From Eubacteriales bacterium (GTDB taxonomy: Bacteria; Bacillota; Clostridia; Oscillospirales; UMGS1783), in contig JAZOAH010000002.1 of assembly GCA_045595395.1 (NCBI GenBank), forward strand, positions 2,288 to 66,287: a DNA stretch of 64,000 nt, given 5' to 3'. The stretch's first letter is position 1. Each line of letters starts with the position of its first letter. Both the position numbers and the translations under genes were made by a program. Under the pieces are notes generated by a model that was given only the letters and a program-made list of their open reading frames with translations, searched no databases and had not been told where the DNA came from. This document shows, piece after piece, positions 40,311-50,300 of the stretch.

Positions 40311-41238
40311 AATCGCAAAGAAATATTATCAGCAGTATGGCGCACCGATGATTAAGCAGCAATTTCCGCATTTGGAATCGGTTATTGCCGTCGGATTAGT
40401 CGGTAGCGGCTCTGAATGTTATGGTTATGACGACGATATATCACGGGATCATGATTTTGAGCCGGGATTTTGCCTGTTTATTCCCGATGAAACGGTGATC
40501 GACCGACGAACAGCTTTTTTATTAGAACGCGCTTATGCAAAATTACCCAATGAATTTATGGGATACAAGCGACTGAGAATTCAACCGGTTGGCGGCAGCC
40601 GACATGGCGTCATACGGATCTCTGACTTTTATCGAGATAAGATTGGATCGCCGGATGGATTACACGATCTTTATGATTGGTTTCACCTGCCTGAGTATGC
40701 GCTGGCAGAGGCAACTAACGGAGAGGTTTTCAGGGATGATGCCGGAATTTTTACAAATATACGCGAGAGTCTTTTACGCATGCCTGAGGATGTACGGAAG
40801 AAAAAAATCGCCGGACATTTACTTGTGATGGCTCAAGCCGGACAATATAATTATCCCCGATGCCTTCAACACAAGGAGTCGGGCGCAGCGCAACTGGCTT
40901 TATATGAATTTGTGCAGCATGCGATATATACCATATTTCTATTAAACGGGAAATTTACCCCCTTCTACAAGTGGAGTTTCCGAGCCTTGCGTGACCTTCC
41001 GATCTTAGCCAATTACGCACAAGACCTTAAATTTTTAATATCTAGCCCTAATGATGAATCAATGGTGATCCAAAAAGAAAAGATCATTCAATCCATTGTT
41101 TCAGCTCTTGTAGAATATCTGATAATGCAAAGACTATCGTCGATTACTGATACCGAGCTAGAGTTGCAGGCCTATGAGATAAATCAATCGATTTGCGACA
41201 GCCGTTTACGTAACGAACATATTCTGTTTGCCATATAA
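40297..41238 (+). CDS. Nucleotidyltransferase-fold / DUF4037-type protein
   Basis: 313 aa. Pol-beta-like NTase motif GLVGSGSECYGYDDDISRDHDF, followed by the helical region I associate with DUF4037. GGAGG RBS lies inside the TPR gene (14-nt overlap). Confidence 0.65.
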   Translation: MKGLEIAKKYYQQYGAPMIKQQFPHLESVIAVGLVGSGSECYGYDDDISRDHDFEPGFCLFIPDETVIDRRTAFLLERAYAKLPNEFMGYKRLRIQPVGGSRHGVIRISDFYRDKIGSPDGLHDLYDWFHLPEYALAEATNGEVFRDDAGIFTNIRESLLRMPEDVRKKKIAGHLLVMAQAGQYNYPRCLQHKESGAAQLALYEFVQHAIYTIFLLNGKFTPFYKWSFRALRDLPILANYAQDLKFLISSPNDESMVIQKEKIIQSIVSALVEYLIMQRLSSITDTELELQAYEINQSICDSRLRNEHILFAI

Positions 41239-41267
41239 AAAATCCCCCCTGCTTGGGGGGATTTTTC
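41237..41267. terminator. Bidirectional intrinsic terminator
   Basis: AAAAATCCCCCC-TGCTT-GGGGGGATTTTT between the convergent DUF4037-type gene and the permease gene. Confidence 0.8.
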
Positions 41268-41277
41268 TTATATCCAT

Positions 41278-42696
41278 TTATTCAGCGCTGTCTCCATCAA
41301 CGGCTGCACTTTCAACCGGCTCTTCCTCAATAGGCTCATCGACCTTTTTGAGATTAAGAACAACATTGACAAGAATGCCAAGAATCAAAGCACAGGCGAT
41401 CGAGGTGATGGTAACGCCGCCAATGGTCAGCGACAGACCGCCAATGCCGGCAATCAAGATGACCGATACGACAAACACGTTCTTGTTCTGTTCCAGATCG
41501 ACCTTTTGTACCATCTTAAGACCCGACACGGCAATAAAGCCATACAGCGTCATGCAGACACCGCCCATAACGCAGTTAGGGATGGTGCTCAAGAAAGCAA
41601 CAAAGGGAGATACGAAGGAAATCAGAATCGTCATGATGGCGGCGGTCATGATGGTAATGACCGAAGCGTTGCGCGTAATCGCAACACAACCAACCGACTC
41701 ACCATATGTGGTATTGGGGCAGCCGCCGAAGAAAGCGCCGGCAATAGAGCCAACACCGTCACCCAACAGCGTGCGAGACAGGCCAGGCTCTTCCAAAAGA
41801 TTTTTGCCAATAATGGTCGACAGGTTTTTGTGGTCAGCAATATGCTCAGCAAAAACAACAAAGGCTACCGGAACATAAGCAGCGGCGATGGTGCCGAGAT
41901 ACGACCAATCAAAACTTGAAATACCATCCATAGCTTTTACAAATGTAAAGTCAGGCAGTGCAAAGAAAGTGCCAAAGGAAACACCATCAGCAAAGAGTGC
42001 TTTAAAGGCCTCAAAATTGATAACCTTAAGAGCATCAACACCGGCGGCATTACCAATGAGCGTGAAAACCAGGGCTGCAACATAGCCGGCCAAAATGCCG
42101 ATAATAAAAGGGATCAGTTTGGCCATCTTCTTGCCGTAGTGAGAGCACAGAATGACAACAAACAAGGTAATCAAAGCGCAGACCAGTGCAACATAAGGCG
42201 AGCAAACCGATGCACCATCCGCCGTATGCAAGCCGCCCTTGAGCATATCACCAACGGCGTTCCCGGCCAGGGACAGACCAATGACAGCAACTGTCGGCCC
42301 AATAACGACGGCAGGCATCAATTTTTCGATCCAGCCGACACCCACTGCCTTAACGATCAAAGAAATAACAACATAAACAAGACCGGCAAATACGGCACCG
42401 AGGATCAGGCCGAGATAGCCCATACCCATCGAGGTAGCACCGGCAAAAGCGGCAAGCATAGAGCCGATAAAGGCGAAGGATGAACCGAGAAACACAGGGC
42501 TCTTAAAGTTAGTAAAGAGCTGATAGATCAGCGTGCCGACACCGGCACCAAACAGGGCTGCCGATTGGGACATGCCGTTGCCGATGATCGCAGGAACTGC
42601 AATGGTTGCCGCCATGATAGCCAGCACCTGCTGGAATGCGAAGACGATCAACTGGCCGAATTTCGGCTTGTCGTCCAGGTTGTAGATCAGATTCAT
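41278..42696 (-). CDS. pyrP: NCS2-family nucleobase (uracil/xanthine) permease, probably uracil permease
   Basis: 472-aa polytopic NCS2-type transporter. GGAGGAG RBS. Sits immediately downstream of pyrR, as in the Bacillus pyrR-pyrP arrangement. Confidence 0.8.
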   Translation of the reverse strand: MNLIYNLDDKPKFGQLIVFAFQQVLAIMAATIAVPAIIGNGMSQSAALFGAGVGTLIYQLFTNFKSPVFLGSSFAFIGSMLAAFAGATSMGMGYLGLILGAVFAGLVYVVISLIVKAVGVGWIEKLMPAVVIGPTVAVIGLSLAGNAVGDMLKGGLHTADGASVCSPYVALVCALITLFVVILCSHYGKKMAKLIPFIIGILAGYVAALVFTLIGNAAGVDALKVINFEAFKALFADGVSFGTFFALPDFTFVKAMDGISSFDWSYLGTIAAAYVPVAFVVFAEHIADHKNLSTIIGKNLLEEPGLSRTLLGDGVGSIAGAFFGGCPNTTYGESVGCVAITRNASVITIMTAAIMTILISFVSPFVAFLSTIPNCVMGGVCMTLYGFIAVSGLKMVQKVDLEQNKNVFVVSVILIAGIGGLSLTIGGVTITSIACALILGILVNVVLNLKKVDEPIEEEPVESAAVDGDSAE

Positions 42697-42744
42697 TTTC
42701 TACTCCTCCATTTTTATTTTTTAATTAAAACGGGTAATCCCGTA

Positions 42745-43278
42745 TTAACCAATATGATATAGACAAACAGCGGTCTCACCGTCAATATCATCGACCATGA
42801 CGGAAATCAATTCTTCATGTGATGTCGGAATGTTTTTACCGACAAAATCCGGCCGAATCGGCAATTCACGATGACCTCGATCAATCAACACCGCCAACTG
42901 AATGGATTTGGGGCGTCCGAAATTAAATACAGCCTCAATAGCCGCACGTACCGTGCGGCCGGTGTAGATAACATCATCCACAATAATAATATTTCGGTCT
43001 TCGATTGCACAAGGAAATTCACTGCCTTCTGTGATGGGCAGCTCACCCGTCAGATCATCGCGATATAAAGTGATGTCCACGTGGCCGACCGGTACCTCGA
43101 CCCCCTCGAATCGACGAATGTTTTCGGCCAGCATACCCGCCAATGGAATACCTCTACGCTTGACACCAAGCAAACAAACATCCGACACGCCACGATTTTT
43201 TTCAATTATTTCATGGGTAATGCGAGCCATCGAACGTCGAATCGCCGCTTCATCCATGATCTTAGCCTTGAATTCCAT
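42745..43278 (-). CDS. pyrR: Bifunctional pyrimidine operon regulator / uracil phosphoribosyltransferase PyrR
   Basis: MEFKAKIMDEAAIRRSMARITHEIIE..., PRPP motif IIIVDDVIYTGRTVRAA, C-terminal LIDRGHRELPIRPDFVGKN. ATG at 43276-43278 after AGGAGA. Confidence 0.94.
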   Translation of the reverse strand: MEFKAKIMDEAAIRRSMARITHEIIEKNRGVSDVCLLGVKRRGIPLAGMLAENIRRFEGVEVPVGHVDITLYRDDLTGELPITEGSEFPCAIEDRNIIIVDDVIYTGRTVRAAIEAVFNFGRPKSIQLAVLIDRGHRELPIRPDFVGKNIPTSHEELISVMVDDIDGETAVCLYHIG

Positions 43279-43290
43279 TCTATCTCCTAT

Positions 43291-43318
43291 AAAAAATGGG
43301 CTTGCCATTGGCAAGCCC
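43291..43318 (-). terminator. Leader terminator (attenuator) immediately upstream of pyrR
   Basis: Minus strand GGGCTTGCC-AAT-GGCAAGCCC followed by ATTTTTT. The RBS and pyrR ATG follow 12 nt later. Confidence 0.8.
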
Positions 43319-43385
43319 TACATAAAATATTTGCTGATGCAGAAACTTACCGGCATCACTGTACCGCTTAAAATTCATCACAAAC

Positions 43386-43414
43386 ATCATACCACCGATG
43401 TGTTAATATGTCAA
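43386..43414 (-). promoter_or_regulatory. Sigma-A promoter of the pyrR-permease unit
   Basis: Minus strand TTGACA-17 nt-TATGAT (-35 at 43409-43414, -10 at 43386-43391). Confidence 0.6.
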
Positions 43415-43427
43415 TCATGAATACTTG

Positions 43428-43469
43428 ATTAAAATTTGAAAAGAATGCGGCAATTATTGCCGCATTCTT
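43428..43469 (-). terminator. Intrinsic terminator after the galT remnant
   Basis: AAGAATGCGGCAA-TAA-TTGCCGCATTCTT (13-bp stem) followed by TTCAAATTTT on the minus strand. It abuts the TAA of the truncated frame. Confidence 0.75.
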
Positions 43470-44274
43470 TTACATTATTCTGTTTTTGCGCCAATGGACT
43501 ATAGGAAGATCCGCATTGGAGCCAACAAAATAGTGCGGGAATTGATCAATAAAATCAAAAAGCTTGTCAAAAACGGTAGCATCGATGCGCATGGGTTTAT
43601 GATCCATATTCAGCAAAATGCAATGCTCGTCATAGTAGACATACGGCGAATATTGCAATCCCCATTCTTCCCCCTGGATCTGCAGAGGAATAATGCGAAG
43701 ATTTTGCCTTGCCTGCTGGGTAGCACTGCCGGCATATCCCTCATTCTCGGCACAAAGTGCGCAAGCAGGATAGGTAGCAGAAGATGTTTTTCCGGCTGCT
43801 GCAATATCGCAGGGATCCTTTTCCGGTTTAGATAGATTTATGCTTAATTCCAGTTTTCCATATTCGGTCTGAGCATCCCATCGCACATCCTTGGCAACAC
43901 GTTCGGTGCGGATATAATTCACATCATGGGAAAGCTTATAAAACCAATCGGTTGCAGCAACCGGTGATTGCTGATAAAGATTGCTAAAATGCTTGATGAT
44001 AACCGACGGTGCTTGAGTAAGTGTGCCCATAGCAATGAATCAAACCGATCACGATTTCCTCTCGTGTCAGTAATCCGATTCAATCGTATAGCTTCATCAC
44101 AAAGAAAATCAAGCAGGTTTTGTATCGAATCGGCTTCACAGTCCCCTATCTGAGGAACACCACCATCCGGACAAAATGCACTATACAGTAAATTGGTGCG
44201 ATATCGACGCTCACAAGAGTCAATTAATCACAGGATATGGCATAGTCTACCAAACGATCAATGGCTGGTGGCAT
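43470..44274 (-). pseudogene. galT: Decayed galactose-1-phosphate uridylyltransferase (family-2 GalT): two -1 frameshifts and loss of the C-terminal ~40%
   Basis: Three consecutive minus-strand frames encode a GalT N-terminal part. Frame a, 44274-44224: MPPAIDRLVDYAISCD*. Frame b, 44227 to about 44031: LIDSCERRYRTNLLYSAF...DEAIRLNRITDTRGNRDRFDSLL. Frame c is ORF 43470..44030: MGTLTQ...LSINLSKPEKDP...CALCAENEGY...WGLQYSPYVYYDEHCILLNMDH...GSNADLPIV, then unrelated HWRKNRIM*. The expected GGSIL-x-HDH-x-QGG active-site region and everything after it are absent. Confidence 0.8.
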
Positions 44275-45443
44275 CAGGAAAGGACCTCCATCGGACCGCT
44301 GCCGACCGAGGCAATATAAAATGCTGCCGTCAGGCCGGTTTCTTTATGATAGATATCGCCTACATGCGCCTTCACCGCTTCGGTACATTCCGAACGAACC
44401 AAAGCCACAGCGCATCCGCCGAAGCCGGCGCCGGTCATGCGCGCACCGATAACGCCTTCACAATTCCATGCGTTATGAACCAGGCTGTCAAGCTCCTTAC
44501 CGGTTACCTCGTAATCTTCTTCTAAGGATGTATGAGAAGCATTCATCAACTTACCAAAACCTGCAATATCATTTCTCTCCAAGGCCTCTACGGCACGCTG
44601 CGTGCGACGATCCTCGGTAATGGCATGGCGGGCACGGCGATAGATCACTTCCGGCATATCTGCTTTTGCCCTTTCAAGAAGTTCTTCCTCTGCATCACAA
44701 AGACTTGCCACATCACCATAGCGGCGAAGAATTTCCAGTGCAGTTGTACACTCTTTTACGCGATCATTGTATTTTGAATCCTTTAAGCCGCGCTTTTTAC
44801 GTGTATCCATAATGAGAATGTCACAGCCTTCCAAAGAAATCGGCGCATACTGATATTCCAGTGTCCCGGTATTCAGATAAATCGCACAGCCTTCCTTGCC
44901 CATAGCAACAGCGAACTGATCCATAATGCCGCAATTCATGCCGACATATCCGTTTTCTGCTTTCTGACCAAGCAAAGCGATATGATCATTTGACATAGAA
45001 ATATCAAAGAGTTGGCCAAGAGCATAACCGGTCACTACCTCTAAGGATGCCGACGATGAAAGACCGGAACCATTAGGAATATTGCCATACACCCACATAT
45101 CAAAACCGGACGGAATGATCATTCCCTCCTGTTCCATAGCCCAAATTACGCCACAGGGATAAGCTGTCCAGGTGCGATTTGAGTGCGGAGCCAAGGTATC
45201 CAAGGAAAACTCATAAATCCCTGACTCAGAGAAATTCTCAGAGAAAAAACGCAACTTTCGATCATCACGCTTACGAATGGCTACATATGTACCCATGGAA
45301 AGTGCGCATGGAAAAACATGACCACCATTATAATCTGTATGTTCACCAATCAAATTTACTCGACCGGGGGCGAAAAACACACGTACATTTTTCGCATCGC
45401 CAAAAGACTTGGCAAAACCGTCTAAACATGTAACATAATTCAT
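44274..45443 (-). CDS. galK: Galactokinase
   Basis: 389 aa. GRVNLIGEHTDYNGG signature and GHMP ATP motif PNGSGLSSSAS. Appears intact. Confidence 0.95.
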   Translation of the reverse strand: MNYVTCLDGFAKSFGDAKNVRVFFAPGRVNLIGEHTDYNGGHVFPCALSMGTYVAIRKRDDRKLRFFSENFSESGIYEFSLDTLAPHSNRTWTAYPCGVIWAMEQEGMIIPSGFDMWVYGNIPNGSGLSSSASLEVVTGYALGQLFDISMSNDHIALLGQKAENGYVGMNCGIMDQFAVAMGKEGCAIYLNTGTLEYQYAPISLEGCDILIMDTRKKRGLKDSKYNDRVKECTTALEILRRYGDVASLCDAEEELLERAKADMPEVIYRRARHAITEDRRTQRAVEALERNDIAGFGKLMNASHTSLEEDYEVTGKELDSLVHNAWNCEGVIGARMTGAGFGGCAVALVRSECTEAVKAHVGDIYHKETGLTAAFYIASVGSGPMEVLS

Positions 45444-45644
45444 AAAACAGCACCTCCAATTATTTTTAGTCTACTCTTTCGGGATGGGTTTAGCAATTAC
45501 AGCCAAAGAAGAGCTTGACTCCATCTTCGGAAATATATGCTGTTAAGGCTGCGGAGTATGCGCAAAACCATTACGTACACGGTATTACTGTTATTGCGTA
45601 TTGACCGAGGAAAATCACTGCTGACCAACACGAAACTATCTGTA

Positions 45645-47327
45645 TTAGAACAATCCTATAATTTTTCCTGTTTCATCAACATCAATACACTCTGCTGCCG
45701 GAGTTTTCGGCAGTCCGGGCATGGTCATAATATCTCCGGTTAAAACGACAACAAATCCGGCACCGGCAGAAACTTTAACCTTCTTAATGGTTACTGTAAA
45801 GTTTTCAGGCGCGCCAAGCTTGGTTGGATCATCCGAAAAACTATACTGTGTTTTTGCCATGCAAACAGGGCAATGGCCAAAACCAAGCGACTCTAATTGA
45901 GCAATTTGTTTTTTTGCCACAGGCAAAATCGAGATACCATCACCACCGTAGACCTTCTTAACGACAGCTTCGATTTTTTCCTCGATGGTGCCAGCAAGAT
46001 CGTAAGCAAAGGTGAAATCCCCCTGCTCTTCATCGCATAGGCGCACAACTTCGCGAGCCAGGGCTTCGCCGCCCCTGCCGCCTTCCGCCCAAACCGTTGA
46101 AAGAACGGTATTTACGCCTAAATCACGGCATTTTTCAATAATAAAATCAATCTCGGCATCGGTATCGGTCGGGAAACGATTGACAGCAACGACACAGGGC
46201 AACTTGTAAACATTTTTGACGTTAGATACATGGCGCAACAAATTCGGGATACCTTTTTCCAGCGCAATAAGATCTTCCTCGTTGAGTGCTGTTTTCGGTA
46301 ATCCACCATGCATTTTCAGTGCGCGAACAGTCGCAACAACAACCACTGCATCCGGCACCAATCCAGCCATGCGGCACTTAATGTCCAGGAACTTTTCTGC
46401 ACCGAGATCCGCTCCGAACCCAGCTTCGGTAATGGTGTAATCACCCATTTTCAAGGCCAGTTTTGTTGCCATGACCGAGTTACAGCCATGAGCGATATTC
46501 GCAAAAGGCCCACCATGCACAAAGGCAGGCGTACCCTCCAATGTCTGTACCAAATTCGGTTTAATGGCATCTTTAAGTAAAGCCGTCATAGCACCTGCCG
46601 CCTTCAGTTGACCGCAGGTCACCGGTTGATCATCATATGTATAGCCGACTATAATGCGTGACAGACGCTCTTTCAAGTCGGTAATCGAATCCGACAGACA
46701 AAGCACCGCCATGATCTCGCTGGCTACCGTGATGTCGAATCCATCCTCACGCGGTACACCATTGGCTTTACCGCCCATACCGTCAACCATAAAGCGCAGC
46801 TGTCGGTCATTCATATCCACGCAACGCTTCCAGGTGATCTTGCGTACATCAATACCTAAAGCATTTCCCTGCTGAATATGGTTATCCAGCATGGCAGCCA
46901 ACAGGTTATTAGCCGCACCAATAGCATGAAAGTCACCGGTAAAGTGAAGATTAATATCCTCCATCGGTACGACCTGTGCATAGCCGCCGCCGGCAGCGCC
47001 GCCTTTAACGCCGAAAACAGGCCCCAGAGATGGTTCACGCAGAGCCACAGTAACATCCTTACCAATGCGACGCAAGCCGTCTGCAAGGCCGATTGTGGTC
47101 GTTGTCTTTCCTTCTCCTGCCGGAGTAGGCGTAATGGCCGTTACAAGGATCAATTTACCGTTTTCTCGATCTGATTCCTTTAGCAAGGCCGGATCGATCT
47201 TGGCCTTGTATCTTCCATACTGCTCTAAATATTTTTCATCCACATGAGCACGCTTAGCAATCTCAGTGATGGGTTCCATCTGACAGGCTTGTGCGATTTC
47301 AATGTCCGAAAGGTATGCCATGATCAT
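45645..47327 (-). CDS. fhs: Formate--tetrahydrofolate ligase
   Basis: About 558 aa. SDIEIAQ..., P-loop [21 protein letters not shown]. Start at 47327 or 47321. Lies 21 nt after the purL stop. Confidence 0.96.
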   Translation of the reverse strand: MIMAYLSDIEIAQACQMEPITEIAKRAHVDEKYLEQYGRYKAKIDPALLKESDRENGKLILVTAITPTPAGEGKTTTTIGLADGLRRIGKDVTVALREPSLGPVFGVKGGAAGGGYAQVVPMEDINLHFTGDFHAIGAANNLLAAMLDNHIQQGNALGIDVRKITWKRCVDMNDRQLRFMVDGMGGKANGVPREDGFDITVASEIMAVLCLSDSITDLKERLSRIIVGYTYDDQPVTCGQLKAAGAMTALLKDAIKPNLVQTLEGTPAFVHGGPFANIAHGCNSVMATKLALKMGDYTITEAGFGADLGAEKFLDIKCRMAGLVPDAVVVVATVRALKMHGGLPKTALNEEDLIALEKGIPNLLRHVSNVKNVYKLPCVVAVNRFPTDTDAEIDFIIEKCRDLGVNTVLSTVWAEGGRGGEALAREVVRLCDEEQGDFTFAYDLAGTIEEKIEAVVKKVYGGDGISILPVAKKQIAQLESLGFGHCPVCMAKTQYSFSDDPTKLGAPENFTVTIKKVKVSAGAGFVVVLTGDIMTMPGLPKTPAAECIDVDETGKIIGLF

Positions 47328-47348
47328 GCACTCCTTACTATTTAGTCT

Positions 47349-50300
47349 TTATTTGAAATAGCGAACTGCCGATTCAAACATGCGAATATCGTAATTACCG
47401 GGAACATTCTTATACAGGCCATCGCCGATACGCTCACTGTGACCCATCTTGCCAAAGACTCGACCGTCAGGCGAGGTAATGCCCTCAATCGCATAGATCG
47501 AATCGTTGGGATTAAAGTGAATATCTCCAGTTGCATTGCCTTCCAGATCAACATACTGGGTTGCGATCTGTCCGTTTTCCGCTAATTTCTTAACCAATGC
47601 TTCATCCGCAAGGAAGCGACCCTCGCCATGCGAGATGGCTACATTATATACATCCCCTACCTCAGTCAGTGCCAGCCAGGGTGACTGATTGGAAGCTATG
47701 CGAGTACGCACGATGCGGGACTGGTGGCGACCGATGGTATTAAAGGTCAGCGTTGGGCAGGTCTCATCAGTGTCGATGATCTTGCCGTACGGAACAAGCC
47801 CCAACTTGATCAGAGCCTGGAAACCGTTGCAGATACCGCACATCAGGCCGTCGCGCTGTTCCAGAAGATCGGTCACGCCCTCTTTTACGGCAGCATTACG
47901 GAAGAAGGCCGTAATAAACTTACCGCTGCCATCCGGCTCATCGCCGCCCGAGAAGCCGCCGGGCACAAAAACGATCTGCGACTGCTTGAGCTGTTTGACA
48001 AAGCGCTCTACACTATCCTGAATACCGACCGCCGAGAGATTGTTGATAACCAAAATCTCAGGATCAGCACCGGCATCACGGACAGCCTTAGCACTGTCAT
48101 ACTCACAGTTTGTGCCGGGAAAAACAGGGATAAGAACCTTAGGCTTTGCGACACGAATGGCTGGTGCCTTACGCTCTTTAGCCGCATAGGAGAAATTGCA
48201 CATGGGAGCCTTACTCTCCGGAATATTACAGTTAAAGACGCTTTCCAGCTTATCTTCGTAAATGCCAAGCAGGTCGCACATGGCTATGCTTTCATCACCA
48301 CGGGACAGCTTGCCATCATTGGTCACTGTACCAATAACAAGCGCTCCGGGCACATCCTCGGTCACCTCAAGCACAAAGGACGCATAGTTATAGCCAAAAA
48401 GTGTCTGGTTGCACAGATTAGCATCAACTGCAACACTAAAGCCGTTACCGAAAGCCATCTTCATAATAGCTTCGGCAATACCGCCCATGCCGGGCGTGTA
48501 GCAGGCAATGGCCTTACCGCTACGCATCAATTCGGTCACCTGGGCAAAGACACGAAGCAGCGAATCAGTCTTAGGCAGACCCGCTTCATCGTATTCCGGG
48601 GAAAGACAGATGATCTTATGTCCGGCCGTTTTGAATTCCGGAGAAACCATATGGTCGATTTTATCGGTCGTAACGGCAAAGGATACCAGTGTGGGCGGCA
48701 CATCAATATCTTCAAACGAGCCACTCATCGAGTCCTTGCCGCCGATCGAACCGATCTGCAATTCTTTCTGCGCACGGAAGGCACCAAGCAGCGCCGCCAA
48801 AGGCTTGCCCCAACGCTTAGCGTCCTTGCCAAGTTTTTCAAAATATTCCTGGAAGGTCAGATAAACATCTTCAAATTTTGCACCACAGGCGATCAACTTA
48901 CAAACGGATTCTACGACTGCCAGGTAGGCACCGTGATACGGGCTCTTTTCGGTAATAAACGGATTGTAGCCCCAGGCCATCAAGGAAACATCATCGGTAT
49001 GCTTCTTCTCGACCGAGATTTTCTGCACCATAGCCTGTACCGGTGTCAGCTGATGCTTACCTCCAAAAGGCATAAACACAGCACCGGCGCCAATGGTTGA
49101 GTCAAATCGTTCGGACAGACCGCGCTTGGAGCAGATATTCAAATCGCCGGCCAGATTCTTGTAATTCTCTACAAAAGTACCGCTGACGGATTTCTCATAG
49201 GATTCCGGTTTTGCAGGTGCAATGCTGATATGTTTGGGGGCACCGTTGGAGTTGAGGAATTCGCGGCTAATGTCAACGATCTTCTTATCGTTCCAGTTCA
49301 TGACCAAACGAGCCTCATCCTGAACGACAGCAACCGGGCATGCCTGCAGGTTTTCCTGAGCTGCCAGAGCAAGGAAAGCATCAACATTTTCCTTTTCAAC
49401 GACAACTGCCATACGCTCCTGTGACTCACTGATGGCCAATTCGGTGCCGTCAAGACCCTCGTATTTCTTGGGGACAGCATTAAGATTGATGATCAATCCA
49501 TCGGCCAGTTCGCCGATAGCAACCGAAACACCACCGGCACCAAAGTCATTGCACCGCTTGATCATACGGGTTGCCGTCGGGTTGCGGAACAGGCGTTGCA
49601 GCTTACGTTCTTCAGGGGCATTACCCTTCTGAACCTCAGCGCCGCAGGTCTCGACCGAATGGGCATTATGCGCCTTAGAAGAGCCGGTAGCACCACCGAT
49701 ACCGTCACGGCCGGTGCTTCCACCAAGCAAAATAACAACATCGCCCGGATTGGGACGTTCACGGCGAACATTTTCTTGCGGTGCAGCAGCAATGACCGCA
49801 CCGATTTCCATGCGTTTGGCCGCATAGCCGGGATGATAGATCTCATCTACAATACCGGTCGCCAGACCGATCTGGTTACCATAAGAGGAATAACCGGCCG
49901 CCGCCGTAGTGACGATCTTGCGCTGCGGCAGTTTACCCTGAATCGTTTCATTGACAGGCTTGAGCGGGTCGGCAGCACCGGTCACACGCATTGCGCCATA
50001 TACATAGGCACGTCCGGACAGCGGATCGCGAATAGCGCCGCCGATACAAGTAGCTGCGCCACCGAAGGGTTCGATCTCGGTGGGGTGATTATGTGTTTCA
50101 TTTTTGAAGAGAAGCAGCCACGGCTCAGACACACCATCAACATCTACATTGATCTTAACTGTGCAGGCGTTGATCTCTTCCGATTCATCTAATTTATCAA
50201 GCTTACCGTTCTTCTTGAGATATTTGACAGCAACAGTAGCCAGATCCATCAAGCAAATCGGCTTGGTGCGTCCAATCTCCTTGCGAACGGCGAGATATTC

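Noticed and set aside
42730-42743. Small hairpin ACGGG-ATTA-CCCGT plus TTTAATT between pyrR and the permease gene, considered as a second PyrR attenuator
   Set aside because: It has only a 5-bp stem with an interrupted U-tract. The 48-nt spacer is too short for a binding loop, antiterminator and terminator. It is probably not a functional attenuator.
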